Shown: one piece after another, positions 38,437 to 50,086 of the stretch | Layout: each line of letters starts with the position of its first letter | Numbering within the stretch: the first letter of the stretch is position 1 | From: an uncultured Gemmatimonadales bacterium | Lineage (GTDB): Bacteria; Gemmatimonadota; Gemmatimonadetes; Longimicrobiales; RSA9 | Direction: 5' to 3' | Length of the DNA stretch: 64,000 nt | NCBI GenBank assembly: GCA_963708135.1 | Contig: OY970192.1 | Location: 1,280,001-1,344,000, forward strand | Notes under the pieces: model-generated | What the model saw: the letters and a program-made list of their open reading frames with translations, nothing else | What the model was told of the DNA's origin: nothing | Database searches by the model: none | Program-made: the position numbers and the translations under genes

Positions 38437-39753
38437 GTGATCCTACGGGAGAGGTCCATGCAGATCAAGTTCCTGGCCCGCGAGGGCATGCAGAAGAGTC
38501 GGATTGCCGAGCGGCTGGGCGTCAGCCGCCAGACCGTCTACAACCACCTGAAGCGAAAGGAGGGAGAGCCGTTTCCGAAACCGCGATCGAAACGGGTCTC
38601 GAAGCTGGAGCCGTTCAAGGAGCACATCCGGGCGCGGCTGGAGTGCTTCGATCTGCCGGCCACGGTGCTCGTCCAGGAGATCCGGGCGCAGGGCTATCGT
38701 GGCGGACTGACGCTGCTGCGGGAGTTCGTGCGCCCGCTGAAGCAGGAGTTCGTGCGGCGGGTGACGGAGCGCTTCGAGACGCTGCCGGGGCAGCAGGCCC
38801 AGATCGACTGGGGGGAGTGCGGCAGCATCGAGGTGGGCGGCGAGCGCCGGACGCTCTACGTCTTCGTCATGGTGCTGGGCTACAGCCGGATGATGTACGC
38901 GCGCTTCACGACCAGCTCGAAGCTGCCGGTGCTGCTGGCCTGTCTCGTTCGTGCCTTCAATGCGCTCGGCATCCCGAAGGAGATCCTGGTCGACAACATG
39001 AAGCAGGCGGTCGAGCAGCACGACGTCACCACCGGCACGGTGCGCTGGAACAAGGGCTTCCTGGATTTCGCCGAGCACCACGGCTTCCTTCCGGTGGCGA
39101 GCCCACCGTACTGGCCACGGGTGAAGGGGAAGGTCGAGCGGGGCGTGGGCTACCTCAAGACCTCGTTCCTGGAGGGCCGCACCTTCACCGACCTCGAGGA
39201 CCTGAACCGGCAGCTTGCGGTCTGGCTGGACACGGTGGCCAACGTGCGGATCCACGGCACCACCGGGCAGCGGCCGATCGACCGCCATGCGCTCGAGCTC
39301 GCGCACCTGCGGCCACTCGCAGCCGTGCCGGCCTACGACGTGCGCCCGGTGGAGCTCCGTACGGTCCCCTCCGACAGCCACATCAGCTACGGCGGGGTGC
39401 GCTACAGCGTGGATCCCATCGCGGTGGGTGGCACGGTGGTGGTCCGCTCGGAAGGGGGCGCGGTGGGAGACGCCTTCTCGGTCTACTTCGGTGCGCACCT
39501 GGTCGCGTGCCATCGGAGAAGGCCCAGCGGCTCGCCCCGCGTGACCCTGCCCGAACACGCGGCGCAGATCCGACGCCTCACGCGCGGCAGCGCCGAAGCG
39601 GCCGCTCGCCGCCGAGGCCATCAGCCAAGCTACGTACAGGTGGGCCAAGGCGGAGGCATTCTCTTGCTGGAGCGGATCCAGCGCTCGGCTCCGCAGGTCC
39701 AGGTGCAGCCGCTCTCGGCGTATGAGCGCCTCCTCGGGGACGGTGCGGCGTGA
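38437..39753 (+). CDS. istA: IS21 transposase IstA
   Basis: N-terminal HTH; RFETLPGQQAQIDWG, DN, KGKVERGV, N.RIHGTT, YSV. Start may be ATG 38458. Confidence 0.93.
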   Translation: MILRERSMQIKFLAREGMQKSRIAERLGVSRQTVYNHLKRKEGEPFPKPRSKRVSKLEPFKEHIRARLECFDLPATVLVQEIRAQGYRGGLTLLREFVRPLKQEFVRRVTERFETLPGQQAQIDWGECGSIEVGGERRTLYVFVMVLGYSRMMYARFTTSSKLPVLLACLVRAFNALGIPKEILVDNMKQAVEQHDVTTGTVRWNKGFLDFAEHHGFLPVASPPYWPRVKGKVERGVGYLKTSFLEGRTFTDLEDLNRQLAVWLDTVANVRIHGTTGQRPIDRHALELAHLRPLAAVPAYDVRPVELRTVPSDSHISYGGVRYSVDPIAVGGTVVVRSEGGAVGDAFSVYFGAHLVACHRRRPSGSPRVTLPEHAAQIRRLTRGSAEAAARRRGHQPSYVQVGQGGGILLLERIQRSAPQVQVQPLSAYERLLGDGAA

Positions 39754-40520
39754 GTGCGGCCGTGAGCTATGAGCGGGTGCGGGACCAGCTCGGGCGCCTG
39801 AAGCTCGAGTCCGCGCTTGCCTCCCTGGACAGCGTCCTCGAGCAGGGGCAGAAGCAGGAGCAGCTCCCGGTTGAAGTGCTCGATGAGCTGCTCGGCCGCG
39901 AGCTCGCCACCCGCTTCGAGCGCCGCGTCAGCACCAACCTGAAGCTCAGCGGCATTCCGGCACCCAAGACCCTGGAGAGCTTCGACTTCGACGCCCAGCC
40001 CTCCGTGCCGAAGGAGGTCATCCGGGAGCTCGCCACGCTGCGCTTTCTCCATCAGGGCGAGAACGTCGTGTTCCTCGGGCCCTGCGGGGTCGGCAAGAGC
40101 CACCTGGCCGTGGCCCTCGCGATCCGGGCGATCGAGCGCGGGCACCGCGCCTACTTCCTCAGCCTCCACGAGCTGGTGACCCGCTCCCGCGTGGCGCGCG
40201 AGAAGAACCGCCTCGACATCCTCCTGCGCGTCATCATCCGCGCCGATCTCTTCCTGCTCGACGAGGTGGGATACCTCCCGCTCGAGAGCGAGGACGCCAC
40301 CTTCCTCTTCGAGGCCGTAAGCCGCCGCTACGAGGCCAACAAGTCGATCCTCCTCACCAGCAACAAGAGCTACGGGCAGTGGGACGAGATCTTTCCGGAT
40401 CCGGTCCTCGCCACCGCGCTCCTGGACCGGCTGCTGCACCACGCCACCACCATCAACATCCGCGGCGAGAGCTATCGTCTCCGCAACCGCCGCGGCGCCG
40501 GCCTCACCACCACCCACTGA
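39750..40520 (+). CDS. istB: IS21 helper ATPase IstB
   Basis: GPCGVGKSHLA, LLDEVGY, LTSN, LDRLLHHA, GESYR. Confidence 0.95.
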   Translation: MSAAVSYERVRDQLGRLKLESALASLDSVLEQGQKQEQLPVEVLDELLGRELATRFERRVSTNLKLSGIPAPKTLESFDFDAQPSVPKEVIRELATLRFLHQGENVVFLGPCGVGKSHLAVALAIRAIERGHRAYFLSLHELVTRSRVAREKNRLDILLRVIIRADLFLLDEVGYLPLESEDATFLFEAVSRRYEANKSILLTSNKSYGQWDEIFPDPVLATALLDRLLHHATTINIRGESYRLRNRRGAGLTTTH

Positions 40521-40678
40521 GAGAGGAGATCCCCCATGCCGCGTTAGCGCCAAGACCGACGGAAGTGTCCAATTCTAAACCGTTGGACCTGTCAACTTCT
40601 CAACCGGCCTTGACACCGTTCCCCCGCTGTGTCCCAACCCCCGCCCGCACCCGCGCCCGCTGTTGCTCCCCGACGGGC

Positions 40679-42034
40679 TCAGCGTCCTTCGCGCCCCACC
40701 ACCGCCCGGTGGAAGTCCGCGGGCATGCGGTCGTAGTCCCAGGCCTCGTTCGAGCCGTAGTGGCAGTACGAGCAGAGCCCCTGGTGTGGCGCCGGGCCGA
40801 AGCTCGGCGGCGCCGGCGCCGCACGGCCCGCGAGGCGGTAGGCCTGCGCGGCGCGCTCGACGCTGGTCCGGAGCACGCGGTCGCTGAGCTCCAGGTTGTG
40901 CTGTCCGCCGGCCTTCTCCACGATGGCCAGCATCGTCGTGGCGCTGCCGAGCAGGGACTTCACCGTGTCGGCGCTCACGCCGGCCAGGCTCCTGCGCGCC
41001 TGGTCGGTGTAGCGCCTGGCCTCGGCCGTGCGGGCGCGCGTGCCGTCCAGCCACCACCGCAGCACCGTCGTGTACTCCTGCCGGTGGCAGCCCGCGCAGG
41101 AGCGCGCCTGTCCCTTGATGGCGACGTCGGCCGCGGTCGCGGCGCCGGGCTGTGGCGGCACGTGGCAGGAGCGGCACGTCATGCCGGCCACGAACTTCCG
41201 GCTGGGTGAGGCCGGCAGCCCCGGCACCAGCCCGAGCAGCAGCCGCTGCTGCGCCTGGTGGACGTCGCCGTGGCAGCTCTCGCAGTAGCTCGGTCCGGTG
41301 GAATCGGCCGCCAGGGAGACCTCGTGCGCCCGCTGGTGGCAGTCGCCACAGCGGAGCACGACGGCGGAGCTCATGGCCTGCACCCGGTGCAGGTCGGAGC
41401 TGTGGCATGACCTGCAGGCGATCCCCTCGTGCTGCGGGTGCACGTCCTTGCCGATCGCGGCCGCATCCACGGCCGCGGAGCTGCCGTGGCAGCCGCGGCA
41501 GCGCGAGGCGGCCACGGCCGTCGGCGGGGCGGAGACGTCGTAATGGCAGCGCACGCAGCCCGTCTCCAGCCAGGGCAGGGAGGAGTGCGGCACCGGTACG
41601 CCCTGGCTGGTCAGCGCGACGTGCTTCTCGTGCGCGTGGCAGAAGCGGCAGTCCTGGGGCTGCTTGGCCGCGATCCGGTCCACGTGGCAGAGGGCGCACG
41701 CGTCGGCCGAGGTCGTCAGCCGGTTCGTCCCCGGCGGATGCGTGTGGCACCCGGCGCACGACGGGGCGATGACGCCGTTCGGTGCGTGGTTCGCGTGCTT
41801 GAACTCGACGTCCCCGAGCGTGGCCTGCTGCGGGCCGCCATCGGTATGGCAGCCTGAGGCGGTGCACGCGGACGCCGGCACGGTAGCCGGCTGCGTCCCT
41901 ACCACGCGGCCCTGGTGGCACGCCGCACAGGCGAGCGCGCCGTGCGGCTCCGCCGCAGCGCGCGCGGCCGGCTCCGCCGGCTTGCACGCGGAGAGTGCGG
42001 CGAGAGCCGCGCAGATCAGCAGAGCTCGACCCAT
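40679..42034 (-). CDS. 13-heme cytochrome c lipoprotein (12 CxxCH + 1 CxxxxCH)
   Basis: Lipobox LSAC; motifs from CAACH to CSYCH; helical region with GQHN before the last heme. Confidence 0.85.
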   Translation of the reverse strand: MGRALLICAALAALSACKPAEPAARAAAEPHGALACAACHQGRVVGTQPATVPASACTASGCHTDGGPQQATLGDVEFKHANHAPNGVIAPSCAGCHTHPPGTNRLTTSADACALCHVDRIAAKQPQDCRFCHAHEKHVALTSQGVPVPHSSLPWLETGCVRCHYDVSAPPTAVAASRCRGCHGSSAAVDAAAIGKDVHPQHEGIACRSCHSSDLHRVQAMSSAVVLRCGDCHQRAHEVSLAADSTGPSYCESCHGDVHQAQQRLLLGLVPGLPASPSRKFVAGMTCRSCHVPPQPGAATAADVAIKGQARSCAGCHRQEYTTVLRWWLDGTRARTAEARRYTDQARRSLAGVSADTVKSLLGSATTMLAIVEKAGGQHNLELSDRVLRTSVERAAQAYRLAGRAAPAPPSFGPAPHQGLCSYCHYGSNEAWDYDRMPADFHRAVVGREGR

Positions 42035-42915
42035 AGCATCATCCCGATGAGCGCGAGACCGATCGCGAGTGAGAGGAACCCCAGCGTCGCCGCCACGAGG
42101 GACTGGCGCCGGCCGGGTGGAGGGGCGGGCGCATCGACGAGCGGCGGCGCGCCCGGATCGCGCTGCGCCAGTTCCTCGATCCGTTCCGCCACCAGTGGGT
42201 GCTCCTCCTCCATGTAGTCCTTCGTGGCCCGGCCCGTGAACATCACGGCGTCCAGCGGGAATTTCTCCGGGCGCAGGTGGACGTTGAAGAAGTGCACGGT
42301 GAAGATGAACGCGGTGGCCAGCACCGCCTCGTCGGCGTGGATGACGGTCGAGACGTTGAAGAGCGAGCCGGGCAGGAAGCGCGCGAAGAACTCCGGGAAC
42401 CAGAGCGTCAGTCCCGAGAAGCCGATCATGGCCACGCCCCAGAAGACGGCGAGGTAGTCGAACTTCTCCATGTAGCTGTAGCGCCCGAACTTCGGCCGCG
42501 GCCCGAGGCCCAGGAACCACTTCCACTGCTGGTAGAACTGGACCACGTCGCTGGGCTGCGGCACCATCGACTCCGGTCCCCACAGCATCCGCTTGCGGTG
42601 CCGGGAGCGCGCGAGCGCGACGATGACGTAGCCCAGGTGCGCTCCGAAGTAGGCGAAGGTCACGAGCGCGGCCAGCCGGTGCAGCCGGCCGGCCATGGTG
42701 ACCCCGCCGAGCAGCCGGATCAGGGGCCGCGACCACGGCGCGCAGCTGAAGCGCAGCGGCATGCCGGTGATGACCAGCGTGAAGAAGGAGATCATCACCG
42801 TCGCGTGCGTCAGACGGTGGTAGAGCCGGAAGCGCCACACGAACGGGCCCCGGCCGCGCTGGGCGGCGTCCATCGGGACCGGTTCTGCCGGTGCGGGGGT
42901 CTGTACGCTGCTCAT
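42016..42915 (-). CDS. Di-heme cytochrome b membrane subunit (FdnI/CbcL b-domain-like)
   Basis: HRLTH, ITGMPL, LHRLAA, PKFGRYSYMEKFDYLAVFWG, IHADEA, FTVHFFNVH. Confidence 0.8.
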   Translation of the reverse strand: MSSVQTPAPAEPVPMDAAQRGRGPFVWRFRLYHRLTHATVMISFFTLVITGMPLRFSCAPWSRPLIRLLGGVTMAGRLHRLAALVTFAYFGAHLGYVIVALARSRHRKRMLWGPESMVPQPSDVVQFYQQWKWFLGLGPRPKFGRYSYMEKFDYLAVFWGVAMIGFSGLTLWFPEFFARFLPGSLFNVSTVIHADEAVLATAFIFTVHFFNVHLRPEKFPLDAVMFTGRATKDYMEEEHPLVAERIEELAQRDPGAPPLVDAPAPPPGRRQSLVAATLGFLSLAIGLALIGMMLWVELC

Positions 42916-44218
42916 GCCTCACCTCCGTGCTTCGATCCGGCCCCCCGCCTGCGCGCGCCGCCGACTCCGACGCGCACGAGCCAGAGCAGCGTGTGCAGCC
43001 CGAACACGCTCAGGACCCCGACCAGCAGCAGGCTCATGAAACGATAGACCCAGTAGAGGATCGGGTTCTTGGCGGCATCGTGCGGATCCGCGTGCGGCTG
43101 GAACTCGACGAAGGAGGCCGACGCCTGCTTGTGGCACTGCCCGCACGTCTGCACCAGGTTCGCACTGGCGACCGTCGAGCGCGGATCGGAGGCCGGCAGG
43201 ATCCCGTGCGCCCCGTGGCAGTCCGCGCACGTCGCGGCCGCCGGAGAGCCGAGCGATGTCGCCTGCCCGTGATACGAGTCGCCGAAGGTGTCGGCGTAGC
43301 GCTCGTGGCAGGCGGTGCACTTCTCGGTGGCGGCGAGCTCGAACGCCTGGCCGCGGGTGCGCAGCATGTCGTGCGCACCGTGACAGGTCGTGCAGGTCGG
43401 CGGCTGCTCGGCCGGCGCCGGAACCGCCCCGCTGCGGTGGGCGCGCGCCGGCGTACCCGTGAGCACGGCCGTCCCGTGCGCGTCGCCGCGCCAGGCGGCC
43501 GCGATGCGCTCGTGGCATGCTCCGCACGTCTCGACCTGCCTGCTCGCGGCCAGCCGGCTCCCCGCGCCGTCCGGAGGCTGCACGTCGTGCGCGCCGTGGC
43601 AGCCGGCGCACGGCACGCTGTCCGCGTGCGCCAGCCGCGGCGCCATCCGGGCCGCATCGTGGCAGGTGATGCAGCGGCCGTTCATGGTCCGCATCGCCGC
43701 GCCCAGGGAGAGCTCCGCCGCAGGCCGGACATCGTGCAGCCCGTGACACTGCTGGCAGGCGACGGGGGCCTTCCCATTGTGACCCGCGTGCACCCCTTCC
43801 TTCCACGTCGCCGCCTGCTTCTCGTGACAGGAGGCGCAGCTCCGCGTCTGCACATCGGTGCCTTCCTTCGGGTGCGGAAACCCGCCGTACCCGCGATGGC
43901 ACTCGGTGCACGCCAGCTTGCCGTGGACGGAATGCCGGACCACCGCGTCGGGCGTCAGCAGCGATTCCGCGCGTGCGAACGTCGGGGCCTGCTGCCGCAG
44001 GAGCTCGAGCTCGCCGTGGCAGCGCTCGCACCGCTCGACCGGGCGCTCGCTCGCCGCTGCCCGTGGCGTCTGCGCGGCGCCGGCGAGCGGCGGGGGAGAC
44101 GTGGCCTGCGGCATGGCCGCGGCCCTCCGGGCTCCGCCCCGGAACGCCGCTCCCGCCAGCACGGCCAGGATGAGGAGCACGCCCGCCAGCGCGGGGGCGC
44201 GGAAGCTCAGGCGCCGCT

Positions 44219-44222
<4 letters not shown>
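42912..44222 (-). CDS. 11-heme cytochrome c with C-terminal TM helix (CbcL c-domain-like)
   Basis: Signal peptide; 11 CxxCH; DSYHG, HGILP..DPRS, C-terminal FMSLLLVGVLSVFGLHTLLW. Confidence 0.85.
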
Positions 44223-45589
<1,367 letters not shown>

Positions 45590-47190
45590 GCCTCGTTCTC
45601 CGTTCTCGCGGGCGGCTCCGTCGGCAGCTCGATCCGCACGGTCGTGCCCTTGCCCGGCTCGCTGTCCACCGCCAGCCGCCCCTGATGCGCGGAGACGATC
45701 CGCGCCACGAGCGGCAGCCCCAGCCCGGTGCCCATCGGTTTCGTCGAGTGGAACGGCCGCAGCACCCGCTCGAGGTCCGGTTCCGGGATGCCGGGCCCGT
45801 AGTCGCGGAACACCAGCGCGACCCGCCCGGCCTCGGCCCGCTCCGTGCGCAGCTCCAGCACACCCCCTCCAGGCATCGCCTCCGCTGCGTTCAGCATCAC
45901 GTTCAGCACCGCCTGCTCGAGGCGCTGCGGGTCCGCCCAGGCGACCCGGGCGTCGCCGCCGTACTCGCGCACCACGGCGAGGCCCCGCCCCGCGGGGTGG
46001 CTTGCCATCTCCAGCAACGCGTTGTCCAGCAGCTCGGGAAGGTCCACCGGCGCCGCGACCAGGCCGTCGGGCCGCGCCAGTGCGAACAGGTCCCGCATCG
46101 TCTCCAGCAGCCGCTCGAGCTGCGCCGCGATACCCGCCAGCAGCTCCTGTCCACGCGGGTCCGGTACGTACTCCCGCTGCAGCAGCTCGATCGCCATCTG
46201 TGCCGATGCCAGGGGGCGCTTGAGCTCGTGCGCCATCTCGGCCGCCAGCTCGCCCACCTCCGCGAGCCCCGCCTGCGCCACCAGCCGCCGTTCCGTCGCG
46301 GCCTCCTTGGCCAGCAGCTTCGTCACCCCCGCCTCCAGCGCGCCCAGCTCCTCCTCCCGGCGCGGCGCCTCGCCCGTCCGGTCCAGCAGCCGCCGCACCC
46401 GTCGCAGCGGCACCACCACCTCCCGCTCGAGCATCGTGAACAGGATCGCCACGAGCGCCAGCACGGAGGCCACGAACAGCCCGATGCCCAGCCGCGCACC
46501 CCGGTCCATGGCCGCCTGCAGCGGCGCCACCGAGAACTCCACCTCGAACACCGCCGCCCCCGGCGCCGTGAGCGGAAGGAACGCGCGGATCGCGCGACCG
46601 TCTGCCGTCTGCCGCGCCAGGCCCTGCGCAGGCAGCTCAGGCGCCGGGGGCAGCCACACCCGCGCGTCGCGCGCGCCCTCCTCCGCGGGTAGCGCCGACA
46701 GGAGGATCCGGCCGTCGTCGCCGTACACGCGCGCGACGCCCGCATTCGCGTCCGTCAACAGCCGGCGCAGGCTGCGCCGCGCCTGGTCCTCCCGGCCGAG
46801 CGCCAGTGCCGCGTCCAGCGACGCGCGCGCCGCGCCTGCCGCCACCAGCGTCTGGTGCTCCGTCGCGGCCAGGGTCTCCTGGCGCCAGTATCGGAAGGAG
46901 AGGTAGGTGGACGCGCCCAGGAGGGCGACGCCCGCGCCAATGATCGTGATGATCAGCTTGGTCCGCAGCGGCAGGTCCCGCAGCCGGACATCGATGCTCA
47001 TATGTCGAACCCCAACGTCGGGGGTGTCGGTCATTTCGTCTCGAACAACGCCTGGCCCGTTGGACATCATGCCCTCATCGGACAAGGCGCGACGGGTGCC
47101 GCGGCGCGCCACTGCTGGATTTCCTCTGCGCGCACGCCGCGGCACACCGTCAGGAAGGGCAACCTTCAGACCACCTCGGACCTCTCCGCT

Positions 47191-48372
47191 TCAGCCGATC
47201 AGCAGCGCCAGCGCGGCCGCCGCCGTTGCGTTCGCGACCACCGCCGGGCCGAGTCCCCGCAGCCAGTACACGACCCCGAAGGCCGCCGCCGGCAGCAGCA
47301 CCGCGACCACCGCGTAGAGCAGCGCCGTCGTCGGGGTGGCGAAGCCGGTCGCGACGATCGCCGGTGCGTAGAGCGCGAGTTGGAGCGCCGCCGCGGCTAG
47401 CACCGCGAGCGTAATGGATTCCTCGCGGCTCCGCCGCCACCGCAGGAGCAGCCACAGCACCGACGTCATGGCGAAGAGGCGGAGGAAGATCTCGTCCACG
47501 AGCGCACGGCTGAGGGCCAGCACCACCGAGCCCGCCGGGCCCGTGGCTGCCGCGGGAGCCGGGATCCCCGCGCCGAAGTGGAAGGGCAGCGCGAGCAGCC
47601 CGAGCAGGGCACCGACGGCGAGCCCGATCGCCAACCCGCTTCCCAGCCGCCCCGACTGAACCAGCGCCGACGGGTGCTCACCCGGCAGGCGCCGGAGCAG
47701 CATGAGCCCGACCGTCACCACCGGCCCGACCATCCAGATCGCGACGAAGGCCGCGAGCAGCACCGCGCCGATCTCCGTCACCTGGAGATCGAAGCCCCAC
47801 AGCATCGGTCGCTTGGCCAGGAAGCTCACCAGCAGGGCCGCGAACGAGGCGCCCACCAGAAGACTGCCCGCCCGCCGGTCCGGCCAGCGGGCGAGCGCGT
47901 TCCGGAGCGCCCGCACTCCCGTCCCCGCCGCCACCGCCACCAGCGCCGCCCCCACCACCCAGCCCAGCCCCACGCCCACCCAGGCGCCGACCCGGTGCAG
48001 GTACGCGGCCACCACCGTCATCGCGATCCAGCCCGAGACCAGCCAGCCCAGGGCCAGTGCCGGCACCGTGTACAGCACCGCCATGCCCAGCCGCCCGAAC
48101 GCCTGCCGCGCTTCCAGACCTTGCGGCCGCCCGAGCAACCCCAGCGCCGCGCCGTGGAGCAACCCGATCGCCGCGCCGAGGATGAACAGCACCGTGCTCG
48201 TGAGCAGCAGCGCGTTTCCGCTCAGGCGCCCGGCCAGCGTCATGCCCGCCACGAGCATCCCGCCCACCAGCACGCCCCCGGCCACTGCCCAGCTCACCAC
48301 CACCGCCCCCGTCAGGCCGATCCCGCGCGCCACCGGCTCGTGCACCATTGTGCCCCGCATCTCGTCCGACAT
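47191..48372 (-). CDS. Polytopic membrane protein, possible degenerate CAAX/Abi-like C-terminus
   Basis: Many TM helices; LVDEIFLR resembles the Abi EExxFR motif; AGGAGG RBS. Confidence 0.55.
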   Translation of the reverse strand: MSDEMRGTMVHEPVARGIGLTGAVVVSWAVAGGVLVGGMLVAGMTLAGRLSGNALLLTSTVLFILGAAIGLLHGAALGLLGRPQGLEARQAFGRLGMAVLYTVPALALGWLVSGWIAMTVVAAYLHRVGAWVGVGLGWVVGAALVAVAAGTGVRALRNALARWPDRRAGSLLVGASFAALLVSFLAKRPMLWGFDLQVTEIGAVLLAAFVAIWMVGPVVTVGLMLLRRLPGEHPSALVQSGRLGSGLAIGLAVGALLGLLALPFHFGAGIPAPAAATGPAGSVVLALSRALVDEIFLRLFAMTSVLWLLLRWRRSREESITLAVLAAAALQLALYAPAIVATGFATPTTALLYAVVAVLLPAAAFGVVYWLRGLGPAVVANATAAAALALLIG

Positions 48373-48631
48373 GGCTCCCTCCTTTTACTCCCCCGGATCC
48401 GGCCGCGTCCTTCGACCGGTGCTTCCGGCTACTCCTCTTGTCACGTCCGGTGCCGTACCGCGTGGGAGCCATGGAACCGTCGAAGCAGCAACAGGTTATC
48501 GCGAATTCGCCGCGTGCCGCCCTGCCCCGTTCAGCCCTCGAAACGCGCGTTTCTGCGCGCCGACGCGCGCGCTTTCGCGCGCCCGCTCCCCGCCTCACAC
48601 CCCGCGCCGCACGGCAGCATGCCACCCACGC

Positions 48632-48668
48632 AAAAGGAGCCGGGCGGGAGTGCTCCCGCCCGGCTCCT
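48632..48668 (-). terminator. Intrinsic terminator after the monoheme cytochrome gene
   Basis: Perfect inverted repeat AGGAGCCGGGCGGGAG / CTCCCGCCCGGCTCCT with a T-tract on the minus strand. Confidence 0.7.
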
Positions 48669-48692
48669 GCATGCCGGCTCCGAACGCGTCGC

Positions 48693-49202
48693 TCAGCTGT
48701 GCGGCGGGCCGCTGCCACTGGCGGCGCCGGCCTTCATCGCGTCGGGCCGCAGGACGCGAACCACGTAGTAGGCCGCCGCGTCGATCTCCCTCGGCGTGAG
48801 GTGCGCTACGCCCCACGTCGGCATGCCGGACGGGTGGCCCTCGAAGATGCGCTCGCGCACCCGGGCGACATCGCTGCCGTAGGCCCAGTCCGGCTTCACC
48901 AGGGACGGCGCGTTGATGCCCTGCGACGTGGCGTACGCGGTGTGCCCCTCGCCCAGGTACCCGTGGCAGTCGCGGCAGGCGCGCGCGTAGACCTCGTTGC
49001 CCGTGAAGGCGCGCGCGCTGTCGCTCGCCCACGTCACGGTGTCGAAGTCCACGGCTTGGTAGATCGAGTCCGCCTTCGCCACCTGGGCCGACCGCGACGG
49101 TGGCTCGAACTTGTGCTCGCCGCAGCCGCCCGAGGCGGCCGCCGCCAGCGCGAGCGCCGCCAACATCCCGCCGCGCCGCACACCCGTCCCGTTGCGGATC
49201 AT
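48693..49202 (-). CDS. Monoheme class I cytochrome c, probable lipoprotein
   Basis: SGGC lipobox-like; CRDCHG; APSL; GMPTW Met ligand. Confidence 0.85.
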   Translation of the reverse strand: MIRNGTGVRRGGMLAALALAAAASGGCGEHKFEPPSRSAQVAKADSIYQAVDFDTVTWASDSARAFTGNEVYARACRDCHGYLGEGHTAYATSQGINAPSLVKPDWAYGSDVARVRERIFEGHPSGMPTWGVAHLTPREIDAAAYYVVRVLRPDAMKAGAASGSGPPHS

Positions 49203-49579
49203 GGCGTCTTCGTCGTATCGCCCGACGCCGGGTGCACCAGCGTCGCTCCCGGGGCCAGCGCCCGCGCCTTTCGCATGGCCGAATCCGCCGCCACCGTGTC
49301 GCCCAGCGCCGACTCGGCCATGTAGACGCCGAACCAGCTCGCCGGTGTGTGCGGCGCATCCTTCACGGCCTGCTGGTAGTGCTTCAGCGCCGTCTGATAG
49401 TCCTTCGCGCGATAGGCCGTGTTGCCGCTATCCAGCTGCGCCTGGGCCGCTGGCGCCAGCTTCGGCGCGGTCGTCATCTGGCTCGCGCCCAACGGCTGCT
49501 TCGGCGCTTCATCCTTCTTGCACCCTACCAGCAGCGCGCCCGCTGCCAGAATCGGGACCACGCCCTTGAAGATCCGCAT
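49199..49579 (-). CDS. TPR-repeat lipoprotein
   Basis: Lipobox LVGC-KK; GNTAYRAKDYQTALKHYQQAV...P...WFG. Confidence 0.75.
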   Translation of the reverse strand: MRIFKGVVPILAAGALLVGCKKDEAPKQPLGASQMTTAPKLAPAAQAQLDSGNTAYRAKDYQTALKHYQQAVKDAPHTPASWFGVYMAESALGDTVAADSAMRKARALAPGATLVHPASGDTTKTP

Positions 49580-49957
49580 CAATCCCTCTTGGTCGTCTGT
49601 CGTTCGTCTCGAGGCGCGCGACACCGGGACCCCCCGGCCCCGTCGAGCCCGTCTGCCGGGGCCCGGTCACGCGCCGCTCCCCCCGGCAGCATTCATGCCC
49701 CATGCTGTCCCGTTCCGTCCCGCCCGCGCCGGCGCCGCCGAATCGGCCGCCGCGTCCTGATCTGCCAGCCCGCGGCGGGCACTTTCCGGGCTGCGCCATC
49801 CACTCCCTGGCGGCGCGCCGCCGGATCGCCCATTCTTTCCGGTCATGTCGCGCAAAGCCCCAACCAACGTTTACCTCCGCGGCAGAATGTCGCAAGGTTC
49901 CGTTCCGCCCGCGGCGAATCTTGGCGCCGGGCAAGGTCTTTCGCGCGCGAGGCGGAC

Positions 49958-49972
49958 TGGCCTGCCCGTTGC
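49958..49972 (+). promoter_or_regulatory. Candidate sigma54 -24/-12 promoter for the second conduit operon
   Basis: TGGCCTGCCCGTTGC(T), GG-N10-GC, about 115 nt before the start codon. Confidence 0.55.
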
Positions 49973-50086
49973 TGAGCGGGGCCCCGCCGAACACAACGGA
50001 TCTTCACCCGATGACGGGTTGCAGCCAATGAGGATGAGAAGGAGCGTTGCGCGGGTCGGGCTGGGTGGTGGCGGGGCAGGGCCCTC

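Larger units (their letters stand above)
38244..40615 (+). mobile_element. IS21-family insertion sequence
   Basis: istA-istB pair; imperfect 55-nt terminal inverted repeats 38244-38298 and 40561-40615 (40/55 matches by hand); right end ...TGACA; flanking direct repeat CCGT. Confidence 0.9.
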
